From the human T2T-CHM13v2.0 reference genome, Homo sapiens: a stretch of DNA of 64,000 bases. Shown piece after piece: positions 21,326 through 41,570 of the stretch. The position numbers were made by a program, and so were the translations under genes. Within the stretch, counting starts at the first letter, position 1. Every line of letters begins with the position of its first letter. Below the pieces are notes generated by a model. The model worked only from the letters and a program-made list of their open reading frames with translations, made no database searches and had not been told where the DNA came from. Where the stretch lies: assembly GCF_009914755.1 (NCBI RefSeq), contig NC_060925.1; one strand, 5' to 3'.

Positions 21326-22412
21326 CTTGTTTGCTAACTGCAACGGAAGAACACCTTCTTTTGCTGCTGCAATTGCCTACCCTCCCTCAGGTGCACTTGG
21401 CTAGCTCCAAGACCCTGGCTTTGGACTAGGGGACACCGGAAGAGCCCTTTTGCCATCACACCACCTGTTCCTCTACTTGTTTCCTAATCCCCGGGCGCTT
21501 TCCTCCACCCTCCTTTCCTCGCGCAAGTGAAAGGCAGCCAGCTTGACAGTGTGGAAGGAGGGATTTCGCCAGCTGCGGCTGCAGTGCCCAGGCTTGGTGG
21601 CCGCGTCGGGTTGGGCAGCTGGGCAAAATGTCTCCGAGAGGGGTAGAGTGTAGGGGGAAGTGAGTGCTGGTAGACCTCGACGGCCGCTCTCCACCATACT
21701 GTGGCGGGGTCTGGAGGTTTGGGAATACAGGGACCTTAAGGGAGCCACCCGAGAGGAGTTGGGGGTGGGGGCTTCGATAGCATTTGGGGAGGCGGCTGCG
21801 CAACGGGTGCTGAAAGGACAGCTCCTACCTGACCCACGGCACCCAAAAGGCACCTCTGCATGGAAAGTCTCCCCCTGAAACCCCTAGCCCACCTCGAGTG
21901 GGACCGTCTTTCAGGTGAGGTGCACGAAAGGCTTCTCCGAAGTGGCAGCTCGGAAGGATGCACGTCCGGCTGCGCCAAGCTGGTTTCCCCGCCTTTTTCC
22001 CACTTCGGCGTCAGCCTGGGCTCTGGGAACTGCAGCCTGTGCCTCCAGCCGCGCGCTTCCTCCTGCTTCCAGAGGAGCAGGGCAGTGCAGCCAGGCCTCG
22101 CAAACCCCTCTTCTGGGGCCCCCAGCGGGAGCAGGAAGGAAAGCCGCTGAGATGCGCCGTGAGTGTCGCACGGCTTGGAGAAGTGGGTTGCTGGGTTGCA
22201 TAAGGTGGAAGGAACTTGCTAGTTTGCAAAAGACAGCTCTTGGCGGGAGCCGGAACCCGGAGCCCGCCGACTCGCGCACCCCTCCTCATTTACTGCCTTC
22301 GACGCGCGCCACCCCGACTGCGCCCCCACCCCCTCGGCGCGCCGCCGTCTCCGCGCACTAACCCCCCCCACACACCCCCCTCCTCACTCCCTCCAGAGGA
22401 GGTGAGTTTAAA

Positions 22413-22512
22413 CCCCGCCCACGTGACCCCAGCTGGGCCAATGAACGGCGGCGGGAGGTGAAATCCGGTTCTAACCGGTCCGGGGCTCCCAGCGCTATAA
22501 AAACTTTATAAA
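22413..22512 (+). promoter_or_regulatory. HMGN2: HMGN2 core promoter: GC box, E-box, CCAAT, TATA
   Basis: CCCCGCCC 22413-22420, CACGTG 22420-22425, CCAAT 22438-22442, TATAAAAA 22496-22503, second TATAAA 22507-22512; 120-140 nt upstream of the ATG. Confidence 0.88.
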
Positions 22513-22632
22513 CCCCCCGGAGCCCGAGCAGTGTGAAGAAGAGGCGAGAACGACCCCCGGACCGACCAAAGCCCGCGCGCCGCTGCATCCCGCGTCCAGC
22601 ACCTACGTCCCGCTGCCGTCGCCGCCGCCACC

Positions 22633-22647
22633 ATGCCCAAGAGAAAG
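22633..22647 (+). CDS. HMGN2: HMGN2 exon 1 coding part (MPKRK)
   Basis: Kozak GCCGCCACC-ATG; donor AAG|GTACG. Confidence 0.97.
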
Positions 22648-23503
22648 GTACGTGGCGCGAGGGCCCCAGGCGCCGGGCCACCACTGCCGCCACCGCCGCC
22701 GCCGCCTCCCTGGTGCAGGGAGCGAGAATCGGCGCCGAGCAGGAGCCAGCGCAGCCTCCCCGCGCGGGGGCTGGAGACGGTGTCGGGCAGCTCGGGGCTA
22801 ACCCTGAGCGGCTCGGCTGCCCGCGGGCGCCAGAGGCCATATTGGAGGAGCGGCGGCCGCGGCGGGAGGAGCCATGTTGGCGGCTGTTTATCCCGCTCTC
22901 CTCGGGCTCGCCGCCCCCGCCCCGTGCCCCCTCCCCCATCGCGAGGGCCCCTTCCCTCCCCTCCCTGCGGGCGGGCAATTCAAACCCGAAAGGGCGGGAA
23001 GGCGGCGCTCGGGGTTGGCGGGCGGGGGAAAGCGCTGCCGCCAAAAAACCGCCGCCGTGAGGGGGCGGGGCTTGTGCGGTATGGCCCCGCCCCCTCGCCC
23101 ACGTTCCCCGCGCACGAGACGCGCGCTGTCGCCGCCCACGAGTTCCCCGGGCTGCGCGCGCCTCCCTCTCCCGCCCTCGACGGCTGCCATAGCAACGGCG
23201 CTGGGCTCCGCCTCCGGAGGGGGTTTGTTTGCGCCATCTGCAGCTGTTGCTCCTGCCTGTCGCGGTGGTGCGGGCTCCGCTGCCCTCCCCGGCTGCGCTC
23301 CGGTCCAGCCCTCGCTTCTCGGGGTCGGCGAGCCGGAGCTCCTGCGCGCGCTTCGTTCTTATACGAACGTCGGGCTCACTCATTTATGTCCTAGAAAAGT
23401 TGTGTGGACGACTGCTTTAATTTTCATTTTTAGCACTCTAAAGTTTGGGAAGTAATTAAGAACCACCTCAAAATCTGCAGTTTTTTGTTCTTGTTTCTTA
23501 TAG

Positions 23504-23548
23504 GCTGAAGGGGATGCTAAGGGAGATAAAGCAAAGGTGAAGGACGAA
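23504..23548 (+). CDS. HMGN2: HMGN2 exon 2 (AEGDAKGDKAKVKDE)
   Basis: TAG acceptor, GTAAGT donor, 45 nt. Confidence 0.97.
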
Positions 23549-23723
23549 GTAAGTCATTCTCTCTTCAAGGGTCAAAGCCTTGGACTAGCAGAGGCCACTG
23601 GACTCGGTGATTAACCGTAACCTGTGTCCTGAATTTACACTCCTATAATCTAGAGCAAATTGATACCAAACTTTCAAAGCGACTTACCTGTCCTATTTCT
23701 AACTTTCTCGTTGTCTTTAATAG

Positions 23724-23753
23724 CCACAGAGAAGATCCGCGAGGTTGTCTGCT
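23724..23753 (+). CDS. HMGN2: HMGN2 exon 3 (PQRRSARLSA, nucleosome-binding core)
   Basis: Invariant HMGN motif RRSARLSA; TAG acceptor, GTAAGT donor. Confidence 0.98.
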
Positions 23754-24105
23754 GTAAGTGTATGCTTTTGAATTTTCGTGCTTGTCCCTGAAACTAAAAA
23801 ACATCAAAAAACAATTCCCTTTGCTTCCATGAATTATGGTTAGTGCCTGGTTTTGAATCATTGCCTCTACTTGGGACTCTTGCCCCTTTGGGTTTTGCTG
23901 GTTCTGAAATTCTGATGCCTGTAGCCAAAGTGGGACATTTGAGTGGGCTTCTGGAAATCCAACATTCTAGAAGAAAGCCAACCACAAAAACTTTTGAGGA
24001 GGAGGAGAAACTTCTCTACCCTTGGTACTTTTGGTTGGTTGTGGGTGGTTTTCTTCAGTCCATTGTACTGATGTTCACTTTTTCCTCTCTTCCTGCCAAA
24101 AAAAG

Positions 24106-24156
24106 AAACCTGCTCCTCCAAAGCCAGAGCCCAAGCCTAAAAAGGCCCCTGCAAAG
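24106..24156 (+). CDS. HMGN2: HMGN2 exon 4 (KPAPPKPEPKPKKAPAK)
   Basis: AAG acceptor, GTAAGT donor, 51 nt; peptide visible in the ORF track (24022..24222). Confidence 0.97.
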
Positions 24157-24505
24157 GTAAGTGCTAACATTGGAACTGATCATTTTCACAGAATGAGGAC
24201 TGTCCTTAGTGCCTTAACTTAATTAGCATAATGGTGCCTCCATTAATGGAGGTTATAAACTGTGTGGATAGCTTACCTCGTCCGTGTCATTCATAACGTT
24301 GGTTTCCTGATCAAGAATTCTGTTGTTAGTTTATAGGAAAATCTGCATTTAAATATTAAATACCCCAGGGTTTAAACTAATTTATTCTTCTGTTACTTAG
24401 GAAATTCTAAGTACTAAAGATTATAGCAAATTACAGATAATTTAGCCTAGTTTTGATCAGTTGTTCTTGTCAAATGGGTGAGGGTTTGTGTTTTATCTTG
24501 AGTAA

Positions 24506-24691
<186 letters not shown>

Positions 24692-25133
24692 TAACTGCTG
24701 TTTCACCCTTTGTTAGATTTGTTCATTCAGTTAGTTGCTGATATCAAAAATTTAATTGACCTTTTCTTGTATCACTCCAAATGTACCATTTGGTCCAGTG
24801 TGCTTGTGGCTTTCCTGTTAACTTAAATCCTGGATTCTTGAAATCTCTACTGTCAGCTGAAGGGCATTGTGTTTTATACTACATGAAGTTTTCAAGCTAG
24901 GAGTAACCTCAGGTCTCTTATTCTGGTGTTCTTCCTACCTCAATTTTACAGTGAGGCCCAGAGGAGAGGTGACTTAGCAAAGTTACCTAGTAAGTCATTC
25001 TCAGAAGAAATACTGAGTCTCAGTACCTGAAACCTGAACTTTGGCCTGGGAGCAAAGTGATGCTGTAGGTGGAATGTGAACACAGATAGTTTTGAAATCT
25101 ACGCATTGCATTAATTTGTCTGTTTTCTTTTAG

Positions 25134-25169
25134 GCACAGAAAGCTGAAGGTGCTGGAGATGCCAAGTGA
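25134..25169 (+). CDS. HMGN2: HMGN2 exon 6 coding part (AQKAEGAGDAK*)
   Basis: TAG acceptor; the six exons sum to 273 nt = 90 aa + TGA, matching HMG-17. Confidence 0.97.
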   Translation, partial: AQKAEGAGDAK

Positions 25170-25964
25170 AGTGTGTGCATTTTTGATAACTGTGTACTTC
25201 TGGTGACTGTACAGTTTGAAATACTATTTTTTATCAAGTTTTATAAAAATGCAGAATTTTGTTTTACTTTTTTTTTTTTTTTAAAAGCTATGTTGTTAGC
25301 ACACAGAACACTTCATTGTTGTTTTTGGGGGAAGGGGCATATGTCACTAATAGAATGTCTCCAAAGCTGGATTGATGTGGAGAAAACACCTTTCCCTTCT
25401 AGTTTTGAGAGACTTCCTCTTGGCTCCCAGGAGGAGGGATTCCCTGACTTTGACACACATGGCCACCTTGGCACAAAAGCCTTGTGGTATAGAAAAACAA
25501 ATTTGTTTTTATGTCCTCTTCTCCCTTTCCATCTTTCAGCATAGACTTAACTCCCTTAAGCCCAGACATCTGTTGAGACCTGACCCCTAGTCATTGGTTA
25601 CCAGTGTGTCAGGCAATCTGGACTTTCCAGTGATGCCACTGAGATGGCACCTGTCAAAAGAGCAGTGGTTCCATTTCTAGATTGTGGATCTTCAGATAAA
25701 TTCTGCCATTTTCATTTCACTTCCTGAAAGTCAGGGTCGGCTTGTGAAAAGTTGTTAAACAACATGCTAAATGTGAAATGTCAACCCTCACTCTAAACTT
25801 TCCCTGTTCAGAGCATCAGATGAAGACTTCATTGGGTTTTATAGTGGCTTTCTGATTTTTGGTAGTCCATTGAAGAAGGGAGTTTGAAAGTTGTTGTATA
25901 CTGTTAACGATTGTCTGCCCATGTCCTGCCTGAAATACCATGATTGTTTATGGAAAGTATCTTT

Positions 25965-25970
25965 AATAAA
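25965..25970 (+). terminator. HMGN2: HMGN2 proximal poly(A) signal
   Basis: AATAAA ~0.8 kb after the stop codon. Confidence 0.85.
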
Positions 25971-26641
25971 GCTGGATACAGTTTGGCTTGGAATACTGCC
26001 TCTGATCTTTTCCCACAAGTGGGGTAACCTGGTTTATCCAAGTCTCTTGGAACAGGGTACGTTCTGCTTTGAGGTACCCCATGTACAGTCTAATGATGAT
26101 CTTTCACTGATTTATAGTCAGCTTCCAAAACACACAGTGCTAGGTGCAGTTAGGAAGGATTCCAGGAGTAGACTTAGCTGATGGTGAAAGGCTGGGAGTA
26201 TGGAGTGATTTCTGTACTTGGTTATGCAGCATTCCCTGCAGTGTTTGTTTTTTGCATGACTCCGAATACATGAAGTGTATTAAATGCAGATTTTTGGTAG
26301 ATCTGCGGTTTTGGCTGGGTAGCTGACAGGAGCCTCTCTACTTCCATCTGCATTTGCAACTTCTATAAAATTAGCAAATTAATAGACTCATGTCAGAGAG
26401 TGTCTCTGTGAATGTGTACACAGTTGTCCATTTGTAAGGTAGATGACACTTTGCTCCTAAGTAGACCTGCAAACAAAGACAATGGGGTCTTTCCTGATTC
26501 CTTTAGTTTGGAGATGCAGAGAACCCCACGTTTCTCTAAGTGAAATGGCAAGAAGTTATTTGTTAGAATATGGAACTGGTAACAAATTCATGTTTGCACC
26601 TTGAATTTGCTTTCACAGACCTGGCTGTATTGTTGGACAGG

Positions 26642-26647
26642 AATAAA
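26642..26647 (+). terminator. HMGN2: HMGN2 distal poly(A) signal
   Basis: AATAAA followed by T/GT-rich downstream sequence. Confidence 0.7.
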
Positions 26648-27529
26648 GTAAATTGGAGACTAATTGCTTTGTCCATTCCCTTAGTCAAAAAAGTATCGCT
26701 GTTAAGTTCTTGAGGTTTTTTGTGTATTATCTCTCAAGTGTTGAGATGTTTGTGTAATATATGTATCACACTCATGGATGAGGAATCAGGCACAGATGAA
26801 ACTTGTTGAAGGTTATGTGTACATTTAATGAGCAGCAGAGTCAGGATTCAGACCCTCAACTAGACAAAAGTCATCTCTGACAGACTTTTATTCAGGATAA
26901 AATACCATTTGTCCATTTAGCCAGTTACCAGCCATTTACTTTCATTATTGCTGAAGTCATTCATTCTAGGTTGTAGACGGGTAATTTTTATTCTAAAAGC
27001 GGTGTCCTCTTCCAGAGGAAACTTAAGAGACATCTTAGAATGGTCAGGGGTAGTGGGCTGGTATTTGAGCAGAGGTTGCAGAATTTGAGAAAGTTACAGC
27101 TGAGGTTCTTTGTTAGTGGCAAGTCTGCTAAGCCCTGGGCTATGCTAACAGCTCTGCCTCATGCTCTTTAATCTTTGAGTCAGACCTATGAGATACAGGT
27201 GTAGCCCCATTTTGTAGTCGAGAGTGAGGCTCAGATGTGAAGCGACTGGCTGAGGTTAAACTTGATAGTCTGTTTTTACTTATTTTCTGGCCCTCTTCTT
27301 GTTGCCATATAATTAGGATGAGTAGGGTAAGCTTGAACTTTTTCGAGTTTTTTTCTTTTTTTCCTTCCTGGAAAATACTGATTTGACTGGCTCTGGACCA
27401 TGAAAGTAGCTGGGCCTAAAACCAAACCAGACATCAAAACGTGGTAAGGACCATTCACTAAGACAGCCATGGTAGCATGCTCAGTGCCAGCCCTGTCTCC
27501 AGGCCCATTCTTAAGATCTCGGGAAAAGT

Positions 27530-27900
27530 CACCAGATGCTTGGGCTCTAAGTAAAAAAAAAAAAAAAGTAACATAAATGGCACAAACTAGAGGATTCATC
27601 TGATACAAGTCCCGAGGTCGGGCAGTTGTGAGGACCCAGGTGGGCTTCCTGTCTTTCTGCTCTGCCGCCCTCAACATGTTCTCCAGCCACCTCACCTTCA
27701 AGGCAGTTGCTCCAGACATCGTAATTTGCCATACCAATGGCAAGAGGCTGGAGGACTGCTCCTTTTTTCCCTGCATTTAAGAAGAATGAAATATTTCCTA
27801 CAAGCACCCCAGCAGCCTGTGTTTCACTGGGCAGATCTGGATTGCCTCTCCACTCCTAAACCAATCATAGCAAGAGGAATGAAACCACAGAATCTGCCTA
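27530..27900 (-). mobile_element. MLT1-type (ERVL-MaLR) LTR relic
   Basis: Minus strand reads aacatgttgagggcggcagagcagaaagacaggaagccc, a recalled MLT1 signature. Confidence 0.55.
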
Positions 27901-28089
27901 GACCAGTCAGAATTGTTGGAATTCAATAGAGGAGGCATGATGATAGAGGAAAATGGCTGTTGTGTGGACAGCCTGCTGCACGGTCTCTTCAGGCCTGGCC
28001 TGATTCATTGCAGCAGTTAACACTGCTGAGAATTACCCCTCCCCTTCTTTAAATTGAGAAATAATCATATACCATTAAAAGTCACCACT

Positions 28090-28273
28090 TTGGGGGGAGG
28101 GATAGCATTAGGAGATATACGTAATGCTAAATGACGAGTTAATGGGTGCAGCACACCAACATGGCACATGTATACGTATGTAACCTGCACGTTGTGCACA
28201 TGTACCCTAAAACTTAAAGTATAATAATAATAAAATTTAAAAAATAAATATACTTAACGCTCTTGGGGAAAAA
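28090..28273 (+). mobile_element. 5'-truncated L1PA 3' end with short 3' transduction
   Basis: gggagggatagcattaggaga...tgtaccctaaaacttaaagtataat; TSD aaaagtcaccact at 28077-28089 and 28274-28286. Confidence 0.92.
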
Positions 28274-28556
28274 AAAAGTCACCACTATATCATTATTTTA
28301 AGAGATGGAGTCTTGTGTTGCCCAGGCTGGTATTCAACTCCTGGGCACAAAGCAGTCCTCCCACCCTGGCCTACCAAAGTGCTGGCCACCACACCCAGCC
28401 AAAATTCACAATTTTAAAGCATATACTACAGTGGTTTTAGTACATTCACAACATTGTGCAACTATTGCCACTATCTAATTCTGGAATATATACGTGTGTG
28501 TGTGTGTGTATATATATATATAAATATATGTGTATATATATATAAATATATGTATA

Positions 28557-32740
<4,184 letters not shown>

Positions 32741-33277
32741 CTTCTTCACTTTCTTAATACTGTCCTTTGACAAACCAAGTTTTTAATTGTGATGCAGTCC
32801 TGTTTACTTATTTTTGGTTACTTGTGCTTTTAGTGTTATATCTAAGAAACCATTGCCTAGTCCACAGTCATGAAGATTTACACCCATGTTCTCCAAGAGT
32901 TTTAAATAGTTTTAGCTCTTCACTTTAGGTCTTTGATCTATTTTGAGTTAATTTTTGTATAGTGTGTGAGGTAGGAGTCCAAGCATTTCCTTTTAAAAAC
33001 TTTTCTAGCCCTCTTCCTGGGCTAGAACTTCTAGTTTCTGAGACGGCATTCCTCCAGCCCCTTTGCAATCCCCTCCTCTTCAGTTTTTCCTCATGATGTC
33101 ATCAAGCGACTCACATTTGCATCCCTCCCAATCTCTCTTGAGGTCAGTATTTCCATCAACCTCCTGTGTAGTCCCATCCAGATGTACCACAGGCACCCCA
33201 AACTCAACATGACCAAAATTCAACTCTCCTTGCTCTTCACAAACCACCTCCTCTAGTTCCCCTCAATCTTTTACAAG

Positions 33278-34133
<856 letters not shown>

Positions 34134-35374
34134 AAAGCACCACCACCCATTCCACCCCTCAAGCTAGAAACCTGAAAGTTATCCCAGATTCATCTCTCAC
34201 TCCCCATCATCGCATATTTTCAGTGAGTGTGTTAAGTCATGGTGACTTGACTTTGAAAAAAATGTCTATTTTTGGTCATGGAAAAATTTCAAATATGTGC
34301 AAAAGTAGGATAATACAATGAGTCCCATACTCCCACCACACAACTTCAACACTTAGTAACTTGTCGCAGTTCTTGTTTATACCACTGTCCACATTAATTT
34401 CTTAATATTATGAAATACCCAAATTTTAAAATTTCTAACTGTCCAAGTATCTTCTTTTAAAAATGCACTCATTTGCCGGGCGCAGTGGCTCACGCCTATA
34501 ATCCCACCACTTTGGGAGGCCGAGGCGGGTGGATCACGAGGTCAGGAGATCGAGACCATCCTGGCTAACATGGTGAAACCCCGTCTCTACTAAAAATACA
34601 AAAAAAAATTAGCCGGGCGTGGTGGTGGGCGCCTGTAGTCCCAGCTACTCAGGAGGCTGGGGCAGAAGAATGGCATGAACCCAGGAGTTGGAGCTTGCAG
34701 TGAGCCAAGATCACGCCACTGCACTCCACCCTGGGCAACTGAGCAAGACTCCATCATCCTCTTGCCTTGGCCTCCTGAAGCCCAAGGATTACAGGCGTGA
34801 GCCACCACACCCAGCCCATTAACCTAACTCACCTTTTCTCCACCAGTCCCCTCCTGTCTTCACATACCTTCTTTGTCAGCCTAGATTCTATGGTCCAGCA
34901 CGAAGAGAGTTAGACACTGAACTCCCTTCTCTATCACACTTAACCCAGCACTTAGCTGGCACCTGTACCCAAACAGCTGGACGTTGCATAAGAGTACTAC
35001 ACCATCGTGCTAACTAGACGCACCTTATAGTTACAACCGCAGATTTCAAATGGGCCCTCAACACTGCCAAACTCTCCAATTACTTTCCCTAATATAGGCA
35101 CCTTTCCTGTCTTGGATAGACTATTTGACACCTTCACCTTATCTCCCATCGCTAACCTGCTTTCTTCACCCACATCAGCAATTTCCCTTCATACTTCATG
35201 GTGATAGAAGATGTGGTGAGAAAAGAGCTACCTCGTCTTCCCACCACCTCCTCTACTACCTACCTGCAGCACAGTGTACAGGCCGCTTGGGTCCCCTACT
35301 ATTATGGGGGTAATCTCTAAAGCCAAACTTTCAACTTGTGATCGGGACCTATCCCTCTGCTCCTCTGAGGCTAA

Positions 35375-35700
<326 letters not shown>

Positions 35701-35933
35701 TGATCCGCCCACCTTGACCTCCCAAAGTGCTGGGATTACAGGCATGAGCCACTGGGCCCGGCCTAAATTTTTAAAACATATTTTTAGGGGGCATACATGA
35801 AGTTGCATTACATGGATACTTTGGGTAGTGTTGAAGTCTGGGCTTTTAGTGCAACCATCACCTGAAGAGTGTGCACGTGTGCACTGTATTCATCAGGTAA
35901 TTTCTCTTTTTTTTTTTTTTTTTTTTTTTCTGA

Positions 35934-36086
<153 letters not shown>

Positions 36087-36940
36087 TAATTTTAGTAGAG
36101 ACGGGGTTTCTCCATGTTGCTCAGGCTGGTCTCAAACTCCCGACATCAGGTGATCCACGCACCTCAGCCTCTCAAAGTGCTGGGATTAGAGGCGTGAGCC
36201 ACTACGCCCACCCTCCATCAGGTAATTTCTCATCCCTCACCACCCTCCCACCTTTCCAAGTCTAGTATCAGCATTTTATCCTTTCCTCAGCCACCTCTTT
36301 CTGAAGGGCTAAGGGTAACACCAGGATGAGACACAACCTAGTCCACGCCACCATTATCTCTTGGGGACCAGTGCATCAGCATACCTGTGAACTTAGCAAT
36401 GGAGTTCTTGGGCCCTGCTTCAGACTCACAGAGTCAGAATCCCTGAAGATGGGGCCTAGGACCATGGCTTTAAAAACTGTTTAGGGCCGGGCACGGTGGC
36501 TCACGCCTGTAATCCTAGCACTTTGGAGGCTGAGGCAGGTGGATCACGAGGTCAGGAGTTTGAGCCCAGCCAGTTCGAGACCAGCCTGGCCAACATTGTG
36601 AAACCCCATCTCTACTAAAAATACAAAAACTAGCTGGGCATGGTGGCACACGCCTGTAATCCCAGCTACTTGGGAGGCTGAGGCAGGAGAATTGCTTGAA
36701 CCCAGGAGCAGATGTTGCAGTGAGCCAAGATTGCACTACTGCACTCCAGCTTGGGCGACAGAGTGAGACTCTATCTCAGAAAAACAAAAAACAAACAAAA
36801 ACTGTTTAGGTGGCTGGTCATGGTGGCTCATGCCTGTAATCCCAGCTCTTTGGGAGGCTAAGGCAGGAGGATCACTTGAGCTCAGGAGTTTGAGACCAGC
36901 CTGGGCAACATAATGGGACCTTGTCTCTACAAAATTTTTA

Positions 36941-37066
<126 letters not shown>

Positions 37067-37189
37067 CTAGGCAACAGAGTGAGACCCTATCTCAAAAAAA
37101 AAAAAAAAACTGTTTAGGTGATTGAGGTGATTGTTGTGCCCGCTGAAGTATGAGAAAGATTTTCTTGGGGGGGAAAAGTTTCTAGAGGA

Positions 37190-37410
37190 AAAGGATTTAT
37201 TGCTGCCTCCCTGCTTGCTTCCTCCTTGAGATATTTATGAGGATCTGAAGCTTGGAGCTGCAACAACCACCTTGTGACCCTGAGGCCAAATGCCAACACA
37301 CTGAGGATGGCAGAGCAGAGGAAAGCCTGAGACAGCACGGAGCTGTCAAGCCAACTTCAGAGCTCCCACCCTCCAGATACTCAGTGAAGTCAAATGCCTT
37401 TCTTTTTGTC
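37190..37410 (+). mobile_element. MLT1-type LTR relic
   Basis: gccaacacactgaggatggcagagcagaggaaagcctg signature. Confidence 0.6.
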
Positions 37411-37415
37411 AGGTA

Positions 37416-38985
<1,570 letters not shown>

Positions 38986-40843
38986 TAGAAATCTGAAGAC
39001 TGCATGTGTGCTTGCATTATATTTCTATTTGACAGTGCTGCTTTATGTGCATTGCTACTTCACACACTTGTAACATTTATTGAATAGCTTATCTGTGCCA
39101 GGCACTAGGCTAGGCATGGGGGATGCACCAGTGAACAAAATCCTTGCCCTTATAGAGCTTCCATTCTAAGTAATTTAATTTTTTAGCAACAACCTTACCA
39201 GGTAAAAACTATTGTTATCCCATTTAATTTAATTTAATTAATTTTTTTTGAGACAGGGCCTCAGTCTGCCACCCAGGCTGGAGTGCAATGGTGGGATCAT
39301 AGCTCACTGCAAGTTGACCTGGGCTCAAGCAATCCCCCCACCTCTGCCTCCTGACTACAGATGAGCACCATCACATCCAGCTAATTAAAATTTTTTTTTT
39401 TTTGTAGAGACGGGGTCTTCCTATGTTGCTCAGGCTAGTCTCCAACTCCTGGGCTCAAGCAGTCCTCCAACTTCGGTCTCACAAAGTGCTAGGATTACAG
39501 GTGTGAGCCACCATGCCCAACCCCATTTTATTTTATTTTTATATTTTAATTATTTTCTTGAGACAGAGTCTTGGCTGGGCATGGTGGTTCACGCCTGTAA
39601 TCCCAGCACTTAGGGAGGATTGAGGCAGGAGGATCACTTGAGCCCAGGAGTTCAAGAGCAGCCTGGCCAAGATGATGAGACCCCATCTCTAAAAAAATAA
39701 AAATAAAAAAAATAAAAAAACTTTTTTTAATTAAAAAAAAATGTTTAAAGAGACAGAGCCTTGCTCTGTCACCCAGACTGGATCATAGCTCACTGCAGCC
39801 TCCAACTCCTGGACTCAAGTGATCCTCCACCTCAGCCTCCCGAGTAGCTAGGACCACAGGCATGCACCACTATGCCTGGCTAGTTTTATTATTTCTTATA
39901 GAGACTGGGTCTTGCTATGTTGCCCAGGCTGTTTGTTATTCCCTTTTATAAATGAGGAAACCGAAATGCAGAAAAGTTAAATAATTTCCCCAAAGTCACA
40001 GAGCCAACGAGTGGTCGAGCTGGGACTTGAATTCGGGCATCTTGAGTTCATCAATTAAGTTATTAACTGCTGTGTGCCATGGATACCCATAATATGCAGT
40101 ATTATAATTTGTCAAACCAGGCCTTGACTATTGGATGCTATACAGGAACCAAACAATGTTATGAGACCAAGTCACCTGTGATTGAGGGCAAATACAAGAG
40201 GCTGAAAAGAGACAAGCTTCAAGTCTGAGGTCATAAGCAGGGCCACAGGTGGGACAATGAGGGACATAAGCTGGGGGTGGGGCTTGGCTGGAAAGCATTG
40301 AAGAGACCCTAAGTAGGGGGAAGGGGAGGGCTGGTTTGTCACAGCAGCAGCGCCTGGTCGTGGTAGCCCAACAGGCTGAAGGACCTATGTGGGATAGGAC
40401 TGAGGCTTGGAGAGGAGACTGCATTAAAGGTGCAGCACATGGTAGGGCCAGGCACCAAGGAGAAGCACAGCAAGAACCCCCGCGAGCCAGGCCTTGTGCT
40501 AACAAACCTCTAACATGCATTTGATCAGCCAGCCAGTCACTCAATAAATATGGACTGGGTGTCTATGGGCCACCAATCTCAAGTCAACAACCTCAGAAGA
40601 GCTCTAAGAAGAGGGTTTTTCCCCAACCATTTTACAGCTGAATAACATGGGGCTCAGGGAGGTGAAGTGACTTAGCCAAGGTAAATTAGTAAGGTAGTGG
40701 AGAGCTGAATGCAAACCTGAAGCCACCTGGTTCCAGGACCCTTACCACCCCGGGCCTGCCTTTGTGCCCCAACTTCCCCTCTCTGACCATCCCGAGTACA
40801 CTGGAGACTGGGGTGGAGGTTGGGGTCTATAACTAGCTCCTAA

Positions 40844-41570
<727 letters not shown>

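Larger units (their letters stand above)
21480..23380. promoter_or_regulatory. HMGN2: CpG island covering HMGN2 promoter, exon 1 and intron 1
   Basis: Repeat-free, very GC- and CpG-rich; many GC boxes; RFX-like GCTGCCATAGCAAC at 23183-23196. Confidence 0.93.

Noticed and set aside
22836-22846. Possible CArG box ccatattgg in HMGN2 intron 1
   Set aside because: Only five A/T between CC and GG; SRF requires six.
22358-23455. Long overlapping ORFs (341, 253, 193, 175 aa) at HMGN2
   Set aside because: Stop-poor GC-rich CpG island; only MPKRK is real, followed by a canonical donor.
27276-27807. 166 aa and 86 aa minus-strand ORFs downstream of HMGN2
   Set aside because: Overlap an MLT1-like LTR relic and an A-run; no recognisable domain.
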